Program-made: the position numbers and the translations under genes | Part shown: piece by piece, positions 44,843 to 53,754 of the stretch | Position numbering within the stretch: position 1 is the first letter of the stretch | Layout of the letters: the number at the start of each line of letters is the position of its first letter | Notes under the pieces: model-generated | Database searches by the model: none | Told to the model about the DNA's origin: nothing | The model's input: only the letters and a program-made list of their open reading frames with translations | Assembly: GCA_037968515.1 (NCBI GenBank) | Contig: JBBKVQ010000273.1 | Span: 1 to 59,214, forward strand | DNA from: Bradymonadaceae bacterium | GTDB lineage: Bacteria; Myxococcota_A; Bradymonadia; Bradymonadales; Bradymonadaceae | Length of the DNA stretch: 59,214 bases | Reading direction: 5' to 3'

Positions 44843-45889
44843 TCAGATCCGTTTCCAATCGGCTTTGGGGATCTGTGGTGACGTCGGTGGCGAGGTGTTT
44901 CCAAGCATATAAATGGCCCGTCGATTTCGTGGTTCGTCTACACTTTCTGCGGTCTTGACGGCCAGAACACTTTCGCCAAACCCCTGAATATAGACGTCGA
45001 CTTTCACGATGGTTTTTTGGAACCATTCGCCGATAGCCCGGGCACGTTCAGCACTCAGCTTCATGTTTGCTTCCGCATCGCCGACGGTGTCGGTGTATCC
45101 AGCCACGTACATCGACACATTCAGACCGTTGCCTTTGTGTTTTCTGAGCGCCTCTTTCACCAGCTTTATCGTCTTCTGCAATTTGGCTTCTTCGCTCACG
45201 TGCCAGGTTGATTTCCCAGTATCAAAGACAACGTCTTCATGCGGAATCTCGACATAATACGGCTCCAAAACCACACCCGCCCAAAAGCCGGCGATATCGT
45301 GGGCGGTGATTTGGATCGTGCCGACGTCCTTAGACGATGCCGACCACGTGAGCTTCACGCTCCCATCAGTTCCGCCGATGGCCTGAGTGCGTTCAGCGAG
45401 CTTATGGCCTGATGAATCCAACACCACAATATCAACCTTTTCCAACGGGACATTGGTTCCAAGGACCAACTCGCCCTCGGCCAATCGAACTAAATCCTTG
45501 TCGATCGTGAGCGCAATGGGATCGAGGTAATGGACTTCGGTGCTGAAGGTGGCATCAATGGATTGGTTTTCTCGAGCAAAACCCGTGATTTCGACGTCGT
45601 ACGAATAGGACCCTTTTCCCTGTTTAAAAACGACTGTTTTCTCTTGACCTGCTTTCATGTTGCCGAGCTTCGTGCGCGTTTCTTCGCCATCATTTCGGCG
45701 CATCACGACCGCGGCATCCTTGATGCTTTCGTTGGCTTTCAGGATCAGCGACGGCGCACCGGTATCGGTCTGCGCGACATTTTTTAATTTATAGTTAAAA
45801 ACCGATTTCCCTGACTGCGCGAAAGCAAGCGGGGTCGCAAGGGTGGCAGCCAAACCAAAAGAATGGGTCAAAAATTGTCGTCTATCCAT
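44843..45889 (-). CDS. OmpA-like peptidoglycan-binding protein with a Tat-type signal, paralog 1
   Basis: Start taken at 'MDRRQFLTHSFGLAATLATPLAFAQ', which has a twin-Arg motif. Ig-like beta domains are followed by a C-terminal OmpA_C motif 'VAGYTDTVGDAEANMKLSAERARAIGEWF...NRRAIYML'. Confidence 0.8.
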   Translation of the reverse strand: MDRRQFLTHSFGLAATLATPLAFAQSGKSVFNYKLKNVAQTDTGAPSLILKANESIKDAAVVMRRNDGEETRTKLGNMKAGQEKTVVFKQGKGSYSYDVEITGFARENQSIDATFSTEVHYLDPIALTIDKDLVRLAEGELVLGTNVPLEKVDIVVLDSSGHKLAERTQAIGGTDGSVKLTWSASSKDVGTIQITAHDIAGFWAGVVLEPYYVEIPHEDVVFDTGKSTWHVSEEAKLQKTIKLVKEALRKHKGNGLNVSMYVAGYTDTVGDAEANMKLSAERARAIGEWFQKTIVKVDVYIQGFGESVLAVKTAESVDEPRNRRAIYMLGNTSPPTSPQIPKADWKRI

Positions 45890-45959
45890 TGGAGCTCTCC
45901 ATTCAAACGTGTGTCTTGTCGACAACCGAGGGAATAAAAAGTTCCATCGCGGTGAGCGG

Positions 45960-46273
45960 TTGGCTGTGAGCAGTTGCGACCGGTGCGCAGGCCCTACGAT
46001 TCGACGATTGAAGTCTCGTTTACGATTGGTCCTCGAGCATTATGGGAGGCTGTCGCATAAAAATCGATAACGAGGTTGTTTTTGCGATTGGTCCGCGAGC
46101 CTTAGGGAGGCTGTCGCATAAGGGGTCGATGACGAGGCTGATGTTGTGATTGGTCCGCGAGCCCTATGGCTCGCATGTGTTTGGTCCGCGAGCCTTATGG
46201 CTCGCATGTGTCTGAATAATAGCAGGAATCGCATGCAGGCCATAGGGCCTGCGCACCAAGCGCAGAATCACAG
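45960..46273 (+). repeat. REP/BIME-like composite repeat, copy B1: scrambled fragment, two units of 61-63 bp, two hairpin units of 33 bp, and the core
   Basis: 'gattggtcc' boxes occur at 46024, 46087 and 46148, with a partial box at 46181. Hairpins 'gcgagcc-NNNN-ggctcgc' lie at 46157-46174 and 46188-46205, 'gcaggcc-atag-ggcctgc' at 46235-46252, and 'ctgcgc-accaa-gcgcag' at 46249-46265. The terminus is 'gaatcacag'. Confidence 0.9.
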
Positions 46274-46326
46274 AAATTGCAAATAGGCCGAAAACAGTTC
46301 TCAACATTTCTAACGTCAAGTCAGAT

Positions 46327-46430
46327 AGACAGCCTCCTTAAGGCTCGCATGTAGCTGACTAATCGCAGGAATCGCATGCAGGCCATAGGGCCTGCGCACC
46401 AAGCGCAGGCGCGGCTGGAGCCACGCGCAC
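46327..46430 (+). repeat. REP/BIME-like repeat, copy B2 (partial core plus the shared 23-mer)
   Basis: The sequence is 'agacagcctccttaaggctcgcatgtagctgactaatcgcaggaatcgcatgcaggccatagggcctgcgcaccaagcgcag' followed by 'gcgcggctggagccacgcg', as in copy A. Hairpins lie at 46378-46395 and 46392-46408. Confidence 0.85.
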
Positions 46431-46457
46431 CGAGTCACAACGCCTGCGACCCACTAA

Positions 46458-46481
46458 CCGAAAACCGAAAACCGAAAACCG
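46458..46481. repeat. Heptanucleotide tandem repeat (ccgaaaa) x3.4 immediately 3' of the ompA-like paralog 2 stop
   Basis: Read directly from the sequence. The equivalent position after paralog 1 carries a different heptamer (ctcactg) x2.4 at 44822-44838. Confidence 0.8.
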
Positions 46482-46489
46482 CCAAAGGC

Positions 46490-47533
46490 CTACAGCCTTT
46501 TCCAGTTGGCTTTGGGGATTTGCGACGAGGTCGGAGGCGGCGAATTGCCAAGAATATAAACAGCGCGGCGATTACGCGGCTCGTCGACGTTGTCGGCGGT
46601 TTGCACGGCCAACACGGATTCGCCAAAACCTTGGGTATGAATATCAATTTTAAGGTTCTGTTTACGGAACCACTGACCGATGGCGCGGGCGCGCTCACCG
46701 CTCAGCTTGATATTCTCGCTCGGGTTCCCGACAGTATCGGTATAGCCAGCGACGTACATCGAAACATTCAGGCCTTTGTCTTTATGTTTCTGCAACGCTT
46801 CCTTCACGAGCTTCATCGTGGAAGTCAGCTTAGGCTCCTCGCTGGCTTGCCAGGTAGCTTTGCCGGTATCAAACACAATGTCTTCGTGGGGGATTTCCAC
46901 AAAAAATGGCTCCAGAATCACGCCCGCCCAGAATCCAGCGACGTCGTGCGCAGTCATCCGAATCCCAGCCACGTCTTTGGCAGCAGGCCAAGTGATTTTA
47001 ATCGTTCCGCCAAGCCCGCCGATCGTCTGAGTACGCTCGGAAATCTTATTGCCAGAATCGTCAAAAACCTCGATTTCGACGCGGTCGAGTGGCACATTTG
47101 TGCCCAACATCAACTCGCCTTCAGCCAACCGCACTAGGTCCTTGTCGACCGTTAGTTTGATGGGATCGACGTAGTGCACATCGGTGGTGAACTTCGTGTC
47201 CATCGACTGATCGAACTGAGTCGTTCCGCTGATGGTTACTTCGTAGCTGTACGAACCCTTGCCTTGTTTGAACGGGACTCGTTTCTCCTGACCTGGCTTC
47301 ATCGAACCCAATTTGGTGCGACTTTCCTGACCGTCGCCTCGACGCATCACCACTTCGCCTTTGGCGATGAATTCTTTGGCCCGCAATATCAACATCGGCG
47401 CGTCGGTATCGGTCTGAGCGACGTTTTTGAGCTGATAATCAAAGAGGGCCTGACCAGCCTGAGCAAACGCAAAGGGAGCGCTCGCAACGATGGCCAGGCC
47501 GATCGAATGGGTCAAAAATTGGCGACGATCCAT
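46490..47533 (-). CDS. OmpA-like peptidoglycan-binding protein with a Tat-type signal, paralog 2
   Basis: 'MDRRQFLTHSIGLAIVASAPFAFAQ'. It is collinear with paralog 1 along its full length ('FKQGKGSYSYEV', 'DKDLVRLAEGEL.LGTNVPL', 'VAGYTDTVG...SGERARAIGQWF...NRRAVYIL'). Confidence 0.8.
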   Translation of the reverse strand: MDRRQFLTHSIGLAIVASAPFAFAQAGQALFDYQLKNVAQTDTDAPMLILRAKEFIAKGEVVMRRGDGQESRTKLGSMKPGQEKRVPFKQGKGSYSYEVTISGTTQFDQSMDTKFTTDVHYVDPIKLTVDKDLVRLAEGELMLGTNVPLDRVEIEVFDDSGNKISERTQTIGGLGGTIKITWPAAKDVAGIRMTAHDVAGFWAGVILEPFFVEIPHEDIVFDTGKATWQASEEPKLTSTMKLVKEALQKHKDKGLNVSMYVAGYTDTVGNPSENIKLSGERARAIGQWFRKQNLKIDIHTQGFGESVLAVQTADNVDEPRNRRAVYILGNSPPPTSSQIPKANWKRL

Positions 47534-47552
47534 GAAGAACTCCATCAACAGG

Positions 47553-47576
47553 TTCTGCCGTTTGGACGCGGCAGAA
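47553..47576 (-). other. Intercistronic stem-loop between the M16 peptidase gene and ompA-like paralog 2 (8-bp stem 'ttctgccg'/'cggcagaa')
   Basis: A perfect inverted repeat with an 8-nt loop. No U-tract follows on the minus strand, so it could be a processing or stability element or a weak terminator. Confidence 0.3.
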
Positions 47577-47586
47577 AATCAAAGAT

Positions 47587-50202
47587 TCAACCCAGCGCTT
47601 CTTCAAGGAGCGTCGGTGATAGCTGAATCGCCTCGGGCTTGGTGATCGCCACAAGCGAATGGTCCTTCTTGAGGTAACGCGCCACAAAAGCGTTCACGTC
47701 TTCAAGAGTAACCTTTGCGATATGGTCCGAGTACGCCAACGAGCGACGAAACCCAAATCCGTAGAGCTCATCCAGCGCGAAGGACATGGCACGCGCACCG
47801 TATTTTTGCAGGCCAATATCGTGATTGCCCATCAAGTAGACCTTGGCGCGGTCGACTTCTTCCTGAGTCACGCCGTCCGCATGAAGCTTGGCGATTTCGA
47901 TGTAGATGCCCTTAAGTGCCTGCTCGATTTTCTCGGGGCTCGTGCCGATATGAATGCTGAACATCGAGGTGTCCAAACCGAGCAAGCTTGACGCGTAAAC
48001 GCTGTAAGCAAGGCTCTGTTTATCGCGCAATTCGTAGAACAAACGGCCGCCCTGACCCGACAGCACCGCGTAGAGCACTTCCATGGCGTAGCGAGAATCG
48101 TCGGCCATCAAAGGCGCGTCGAATCCAACCGAAACGTAAGCTTGTTCTTTTTCGAGGTTATTGAAGACCAGTTTCGGCTCCAAATGCCGATGAGGAGCAG
48201 CAACAACGGGGTCCCAAGACTCGCCAGAATGGCCCGTCACAAACGCTTCTTCGACCATCGCAGCGACTTCTCGCGCGTCGATATCGCCCACGGCAGTGAT
48301 CACAAGACCACTGGGGTTCAGCAATTTCTTCAGGTAATCCCGGGCCCCTTCTGGAGTCAGGCTCTGGACACTTTTTTCGGTGCCATCACCCGTCATGGCA
48401 TATGGGTAATCGCCAAAAAACTCGCTCGTGAAAAGGTCGTGATTCACAGCGGCCAGCGAGTCGCGACGGCTCTTGATGCCCTGAAGCTGAAGCGCCCGTT
48501 CGCGTTCGAATTCGTCGGCCGGAATGGTCGAGTTGGTCAACACGTCGGCAAACACATCGAAGGCGCGCTCAAAATATCGAGACAGCCCGGTCAGCGCAGC
48601 ACCAAACGAGTTGCGGCCAGCGATGCCCGAAATGCTAGCCGCCATCGACTCGACTTCGTGGGCGATCTCGACCGCGTCTCGACGTTCGGTGCCCAGAAGC
48701 AACATTTCGCTCAGAATCTGGTTGATTCCGTTGTTTTCTTTGGTTTCGTAACGAATGCCGCCCAGGGTCATCACACGCAGCGAAAAGGTCGCCACGGTAT
48801 GGTCTTCCTGCACGATCAGCACTGGCCCTTCGGGGAAGCGAATCACCGAAAACCCATCCTTGTCGATGGTCACACCCTTGTCGTCCGGGCGGACTTCGAC
48901 GGCATCATAAGCGCGTGCAGCGGCTTTGTGCAGCGATTCTACAGAGGCGGTCTCGGCCGACGATGCGCGAAGCAGCGTGATCGTTAGATTGTCGAGCGTC
49001 AGGTATTTCCGCGCGACATCAATGATATCTGCGGGAGTAAGCTGCCCGATGGCACGATAATAACGCTCATCAAAAGTAGGATCGGCGGTTGTAATCCAGT
49101 TGCGCCCAAGCTTCATGGCCAGACCCTCAGCCGTTTGCTGGCTATAGATTTCCTGGCTTTCGATCAAGGTACGAGCCCGCAAGATATCGCCCTCGGCGAT
49201 TCGAATCTCACGGAAACGAAACACCTCTTTGAGGATCGCTTCGGTGACTGACTCGTGGGTTTTAGCGTTTTCTTCAAGCTGATAATCAGCGCCCACCAGC
49301 ATGATGCCGGGATCTTTGGGCGTGTAAGCCATCGCATAAACGGCATTCACCAGCTCTTGTTCTCGCTGAATTTTCTGGTGCAGATGCGACGCGTCTCCAA
49401 ATCCCATCACCGCGCTCAACACGTCGAGTGCTGGGATATCTTCGTGAGACACGTTCGGCACGTGGAAGGCCATGCGCAGCAGGTTCTCCTGAATATCCCG
49501 GTGATCCACTTTGCCACGAAACGCTTGCTGCGCTGGCTCTTCAACACGCACCACTTTTTGGTGAGCCTCGGCCTGCCAATCGCCAAAATACTTCTCGATC
49601 AGGGCCTTGCCGTCCTCGAGTTCAAAATCCCCGACCAGCACCACAGTCGAATTTGTAGGGCGGTAGTGTTTTTCAAAGAAGTTCACCACGTGTTCGCGAC
49701 GGAATGAATCCACAGACTCTTTGGACCCGATCACCGGCAATTTATAAGGATGTTCGCCAAACGACGTATCAAAAAGCATCTGGCTGGCCACGCGGCCCGG
49801 ACTGTCGTTGCCACGCTTGATTTCTTCCTGAATCACTTCCAATTCTTTGGATAATTCTTCGGCGTCAAAATTCGAGTTACGAATGGCGTCCGAAAGAATA
49901 TCCACGCCGCGCTCGGTGAACCGGCTAGACATCACGACGTAATAACAAGTCTGATCAAACGACGTGAATGCGTTGATATGACCGCCAGCGGACTCGACTT
50001 CCCTGGCCAACTCGCCCACGCCACGTTTTTTGGTGCCCTTAAAAAGCATGTGTTCGTGAACGTGTGCCAAGCCGGCTTCATGCGGCTCTTCGTCGGCGCT
50101 TCCCACGCCAACCCAAACGTTGCAGGCCACGACTGGCGCTGACTTACGTGATTGAAGGATGACCTGAAGGCCATTGGAGAGCTGATATTGTGTGACGTCC
50201 AT
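47587..50202 (-). CDS. Tandem-M16 zinc metallopeptidase (pitrilysin family, two fused M16 units)
   Basis: 871 aa. The inverted zinc motif 'HVHEHMLFKGT' (HxxEH) is in the first half. The second half is M16-like and lacks the motif, as in PqqL-type fused peptidases. Confidence 0.9.
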   Translation of the reverse strand: MDVTQYQLSNGLQVILQSRKSAPVVACNVWVGVGSADEEPHEAGLAHVHEHMLFKGTKKRGVGELAREVESAGGHINAFTSFDQTCYYVVMSSRFTERGVDILSDAIRNSNFDAEELSKELEVIQEEIKRGNDSPGRVASQMLFDTSFGEHPYKLPVIGSKESVDSFRREHVVNFFEKHYRPTNSTVVLVGDFELEDGKALIEKYFGDWQAEAHQKVVRVEEPAQQAFRGKVDHRDIQENLLRMAFHVPNVSHEDIPALDVLSAVMGFGDASHLHQKIQREQELVNAVYAMAYTPKDPGIMLVGADYQLEENAKTHESVTEAILKEVFRFREIRIAEGDILRARTLIESQEIYSQQTAEGLAMKLGRNWITTADPTFDERYYRAIGQLTPADIIDVARKYLTLDNLTITLLRASSAETASVESLHKAAARAYDAVEVRPDDKGVTIDKDGFSVIRFPEGPVLIVQEDHTVATFSLRVMTLGGIRYETKENNGINQILSEMLLLGTERRDAVEIAHEVESMAASISGIAGRNSFGAALTGLSRYFERAFDVFADVLTNSTIPADEFERERALQLQGIKSRRDSLAAVNHDLFTSEFFGDYPYAMTGDGTEKSVQSLTPEGARDYLKKLLNPSGLVITAVGDIDAREVAAMVEEAFVTGHSGESWDPVVAAPHRHLEPKLVFNNLEKEQAYVSVGFDAPLMADDSRYAMEVLYAVLSGQGGRLFYELRDKQSLAYSVYASSLLGLDTSMFSIHIGTSPEKIEQALKGIYIEIAKLHADGVTQEEVDRAKVYLMGNHDIGLQKYGARAMSFALDELYGFGFRRSLAYSDHIAKVTLEDVNAFVARYLKKDHSLVAITKPEAIQLSPTLLEEALG

Positions 50203-50260
50203 TGAGATCCAAGGAGTGCGGTTAAAGTTCGAAGTTAAACTACTGACGGATGCGTTTCAT

Positions 50261-50914
50261 TCACAAGCCAAATCGCTTTGGATCGATTCTGGAACGGACA
50301 CCCTCGGCGACCACCCGCAATGTCGCGCGGCGTCTGCCCAAGAACCAGGCTGATTCCAGCGCCGGATCGGTTGAGGTCCGAGCGCTGATGATATCGTCGT
50401 GGCTGATGTTGAGCCCTGAGCCATCGCGGAAAACCAAATCGAATCCTGTGCTTCTTGCCTGCTGCAACACCAGCCTATCCAAGGATGTGACCCGCATGCA
50501 TTTGGGTTCATAACCCAGCAGGCGATGCAGGCGCTTCATTTCAGAATCCATCACGCTACGAAGCAAGCTTGCTGGCATCGAACCTGTATCTAGACTCGAC
50601 CCCACGATCACTCCCAACCCCGAAAGCACCACAGCATCTTCTGCGGAAAGCTCAGAATCAGGCCCGACCCATAATAAAGTCGGCACACCCAACATCGACG
50701 CCGTTTCGGCAAAAGCGACCATCCATTCCTGACTTTTTTCACTAAAAGTAACCAGATTACCGCTCAGAGGTGCGCCAAGACGCAACGAAAGCGATGACAC
50801 AGGCGCGGCACTTGCGGATTCGAGCAGGTGAGTCCACTCCGATTGAGACGTAGAGCCTACCCCGACGAGTTTAGCGATTCGAAGGACGCGCAGTATTTTT
50901 GACGGGTTTGGCAC
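50261..50914 (-). CDS. Hypothetical protein
   Basis: 217-aa ORF downstream of the M16 gene with no recognisable motifs. Confidence 0.45.
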   Translation of the reverse strand: MPNPSKILRVLRIAKLVGVGSTSQSEWTHLLESASAAPVSSLSLRLGAPLSGNLVTFSEKSQEWMVAFAETASMLGVPTLLWVGPDSELSAEDAVVLSGLGVIVGSSLDTGSMPASLLRSVMDSEMKRLHRLLGYEPKCMRVTSLDRLVLQQARSTGFDLVFRDGSGLNISHDDIISARTSTDPALESAWFLGRRRATLRVVAEGVRSRIDPKRFGL

Positions 50915-51112
50915 TGTCGAGTTTCGCTCGCTGACGGGCCTGTTGTTTTCGGTTTTCGACCTCTCATTGTCAACGTTGGTGTGATCGGTGTGCTCGGCCT
51001 GTAACCCGCCAAATTGGCTTAACGGACTCGCCGGTTCAATTTATGAACAGACTAAGCTAGAGATCGGAGTCAATGAACCGTCCTCTTGTCTCGTCGATCC
51101 TACAGGAACTCC

Positions 51113-51748
51113 ATGAACCACATACTCTTGGCACTCGTCGCGACAGGCGTCGTCTCACTTTCAGCCTGCGATAAATCCCCCACGCCCCCAGCCTCGACCA
51201 CCACAGCCATCGAGACAGCCGCCGCCAAACAAGAGGTCAAAAAGGTTTGGGAGGTCATCAATATTACGACGCTGTCGGAATCACAAAAGCTCCAGCTAGA
51301 GCGGGCACAAGAGGCCCAAAAAGGCTTGGGCACTGAGCTTGTCCAAAAACTGGTCGCCGTATCGACCGAAAAAGGCTTCCCCGCGGCAGTCGAAGTCTGC
51401 CACACCGACGCCCCCGCTATCGCGGCACGGATCGCGACAGAAAAGAACGTCAAGATTGGCCGCACGTCGGACAAGTTGCGCAATCCATCGAACACGCAGC
51501 CCAAGTGGTTCGGGCTGGTGGACAACAAGACTGCGGCCCCAGCGGTGTTCACTGGACCCAATGGCGAACTTGGATGGGCCGCCCCAATCAAGCTCGGAGA
51601 AATGTGCGTGAATTGCCACGGCGCACCCGAAAGCCTCACCCCCGAAGTCGCGACCGCTTTGAAGCAGAAATACCCCGACGACCAGGCCACAGGCTACGCA
51701 GTGGGCGATCTGCGAGGATGGTTTTGGGTCGAGGTTCCAGCGTCGTGA
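51113..51748 (+). CDS. Lipoprotein with a single c-type heme motif (DUF3365/Tll0287-like)
   Basis: ATG at 51113 gives 'MNHILLALVATGVVSLSAC', which contains a lipobox. 'CVNCHG' is a CxxCH heme-attachment motif, and the C-terminus is 'GDLRGWFWVEV'. Confidence 0.65.
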   Translation: MNHILLALVATGVVSLSACDKSPTPPASTTTAIETAAAKQEVKKVWEVINITTLSESQKLQLERAQEAQKGLGTELVQKLVAVSTEKGFPAAVEVCHTDAPAIAARIATEKNVKIGRTSDKLRNPSNTQPKWFGLVDNKTAAPAVFTGPNGELGWAAPIKLGEMCVNCHGAPESLTPEVATALKQKYPDDQATGYAVGDLRGWFWVEVPAS

Positions 51749-51749
51749 A

Positions 51750-52304
51750 CTAAAGCGCCCTAAGTCGCTCAAGCCACTCTTCGGTTTCGGTCAAAGATTT
51801 GGGTTTATTTACCTTCCAAGGCGAACCCACCCAAATACAAAAAGCACCCATGACAACCATTACAGCGCCAACACCCATGGCAAATGAGTTGTCGTTGTCC
51901 GCAAAATGGGAGGCCGCAAAATAGAGGCCCCATAACGCAGACGCCGCGCCAATCGCGGTAAAGCCCCAAGCCAAGACATCGGTACCCGTAGAGGTGACCT
52001 TCAGGTCGGGGTTTTGCGCTTTTAGAACCCGAAAGATCGCCAGCGCGAGGCTCAAAAATATGTCGCGATCACCCGCTCCTACTTCACCAACGCACATCAA
52101 TTCCGTGACGCTCCCATTGGCGGTCAGTTGAAGTTCACATGCGCTCATTCTGCGTTTTAGCGGTGTGTAATTAAAGTTGCAGCTCGATACCTCGCCCAGC
52201 TCCAATGAACGACTCGGGCCCGTCAGTTTAGTCCCCTCCAGCGTCCAAGTAACAGCCGGCGGGGCCATAGCTCGTCTGAAAGTAAATTCCACAAAATATC
52301 TCAC
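51750..52304 (-). CDS. Hypothetical membrane protein
   Basis: 184 aa with two or three C-terminal hydrophobic helices. Its stop is 1 nt from the convergent gene's stop. Confidence 0.45.
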   Translation of the reverse strand: MRYFVEFTFRRAMAPPAVTWTLEGTKLTGPSRSLELGEVSSCNFNYTPLKRRMSACELQLTANGSVTELMCVGEVGAGDRDIFLSLALAIFRVLKAQNPDLKVTSTGTDVLAWGFTAIGAASALWGLYFAASHFADNDNSFAMGVGAVMVVMGAFCIWVGSPWKVNKPKSLTETEEWLERLRAL

Positions 52305-52349
52305 GACACGAGAGCTTAAAGGTTACTTTTTTACCCGATAGAATAGGTT

Positions 52350-52619
52350 TCACAACCCGAAAACAAGCTCATCTTCGGCCTGAACATGCGCCCACATTCG
52401 TCGGACGGCATCAGGAACGGCATAGATGCCGGCGCCCGTATCACGAACGATTACTGGGCGAAAAGCCGTCTTTTCAAGGTCTTGAGGATAGAGTTCAAAG
52501 GCTGGCACGCCGTCGAATTCCCCGCGTTCGGCCTGCGCATGCCACTCGCACATGATTTCCATGAACGCCATCTTAGCGGCTCGTTCCGGGTCGGTATCCC
52601 AAAGGGTTTGGTCGATCAT
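52350..52619 (-). CDS. Hypothetical small protein
   Basis: 89-aa ORF with coding-like composition and no motifs. Confidence 0.4.
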   Translation of the reverse strand: MIDQTLWDTDPERAAKMAFMEIMCEWHAQAERGEFDGVPAFELYPQDLEKTAFRPVIVRDTGAGIYAVPDAVRRMWAHVQAEDELVFGL

Positions 52620-52698
52620 GGCTGCCTCCTATGCAACCAGATTCCCACCCGGTCATGAACGCTGCAGCCACTCGATGTGAAACGTCTGTGAAAAACTC

Positions 52699-53061
52699 CT
52701 ATCGACTCGCCGACCAACCCAAGGTCAGTAAAAACACGCTGTCTTCCTTGGCGCTCACATCGTGGTTCAAGCCCGTCGCAAGCACCAGGATTTGTCCCGC
52801 GAGCAGATCCACGTCCTGATCGCCCACCTTCAAATTTATATGGCCAGACAACGTTTGAATCGATGCAGTGGCGTTGGCGTGGTGCTCCGAAATCACCTTG
52901 CCCGCCTGTAATGCGATGACGACGATGCGGAGATCGGCCTTATGCACAATCGCACGTGCCGACTGCCCTTTGCGCAAATAGGGTTCCTCGGCGCGCAACT
53001 CTTGGGCGACGACGGTAAGATCAAAAGTAGCGATGGGGTCTGATATTAAGGATGATTTCAT
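52699..53061 (-). CDS. Cupin-domain protein, translationally coupled to RIC
   Basis: 120 aa. Its ATG overlaps the RIC stop (ATGA on the minus strand at 53058-53061). The cupin beta-barrel signature is 'GKVISEHHANATASIQTLSGHINLKVG....LLAGQILVL'. Confidence 0.7.
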   Translation of the reverse strand: MKSSLISDPIATFDLTVVAQELRAEEPYLRKGQSARAIVHKADLRIVVIALQAGKVISEHHANATASIQTLSGHINLKVGDQDVDLLAGQILVLATGLNHDVSAKEDSVFLLTLGWSASR

Positions 53062-53729
53062 GTTGCGCCTTCGAGTGCTCGTGGAAATAGAATCTGGTTT
53101 TCCAAATAAATGTGTTCCAGCAAATCGCCTTCCATTTGGGCCAGCTGCTCATAAAGCGTTAACCAAGTTGTGCATGCGTCTGGTGGGCCTACAAAGTCCC
53201 TTGTGAGTTTCCGGTTGGTCCTCAAAATGGCGCCGTGGTCGTCATGCTGCTCCATCATGAACCTCACTGGCCCACTCAACATCGATCCGCGCCCGCCAAT
53301 AACCACAGCCGGGAACAGCAATTGTTCCTCCTTGGCCATGTGGTTGTTCAGCTCTGCGCGCATTCCTCGAAGGTGTTCGGCCAGGCCATCAGGACACGAC
53401 AATTTGCTACCGTGAACACGCTCGACGCGCTCCGCTGCGGCAACCACGACGTTTAGTTGAGCTGAAAGCCGACGATGATAGTGCCCGATGATATGCTCGA
53501 TAATTTCTTCCAGCGGCGCTTCTGACCAATCTCGCATTTTGGAGGGCACCTGCATTGCATCTTGCAACTCAAGAACAAGCGCGGCGGTGTCCAACCCAGC
53601 TTTTACGCATGCGGCGTCAAGAGTTCGTCGGCCACCGCAGCAAAAGTCCAGTTTGTTGCGAAGCAAGACGCCACGCGTGCTCGGTCCCTGAGCCGCAATC
53701 TCACCGAGAGTCATATTCGCTTCATTCAT
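53058..53729 (-). CDS. ytfE: Iron-sulfur cluster repair di-iron protein (RIC/YtfE/ScdA family)
   Basis: Start taken at 'MNEANMTLGEIA'. The ScdA_N motif 'LDFCCGGRRTL' is followed by a hemerythrin-like region with 'HYHRRL', 'EEQLLFP' and 'EQHDDHG'. Confidence 0.85.
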   Translation of the reverse strand: MNEANMTLGEIAAQGPSTRGVLLRNKLDFCCGGRRTLDAACVKAGLDTAALVLELQDAMQVPSKMRDWSEAPLEEIIEHIIGHYHRRLSAQLNVVVAAAERVERVHGSKLSCPDGLAEHLRGMRAELNNHMAKEEQLLFPAVVIGGRGSMLSGPVRFMMEQHDDHGAILRTNRKLTRDFVGPPDACTTWLTLYEQLAQMEGDLLEHIYLENQILFPRALEGAT

Positions 53730-53754
53730 TTGCGACACTCCGTTTGAATAAAAA

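Noticed and set aside
46040-46243. Family of small ORFs beginning 'MACMRF...' (also 44706..44912 and 57127..57420) and 'MQAIGPAHQAQ...' (46376.., 57266..), which look like conserved paralogous peptides
   Set aside because: They are simply translations of the repeated DNA element in both orientations. They have no RBS, their lengths and ends vary with the flanking sequence, and their similarity stops where the nucleotide repeat stops.
46024-46273. Possible CRISPR array, suggested by tandem repeated units with palindromic cores
   Set aside because: The units are contiguous with no unique spacers and their period is irregular (63, 61, 33, 33 bp). The same composite occurs at two other loci, once inverted, and no cas genes or leader are present. 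It behaves like a REP/BIME or MITE-type repeat.
46376-47137. 253-aa ORF antisense to ompA-like paralog 2, and similarly the 281-aa ORF 48142..48987 antisense to the M16 peptidase
   Set aside because: The opposite-strand genes have clear family motifs (OmpA_C, HxxEH). These ORFs have low-complexity, Arg-rich translations and begin inside the repeat or intragenic sequence.
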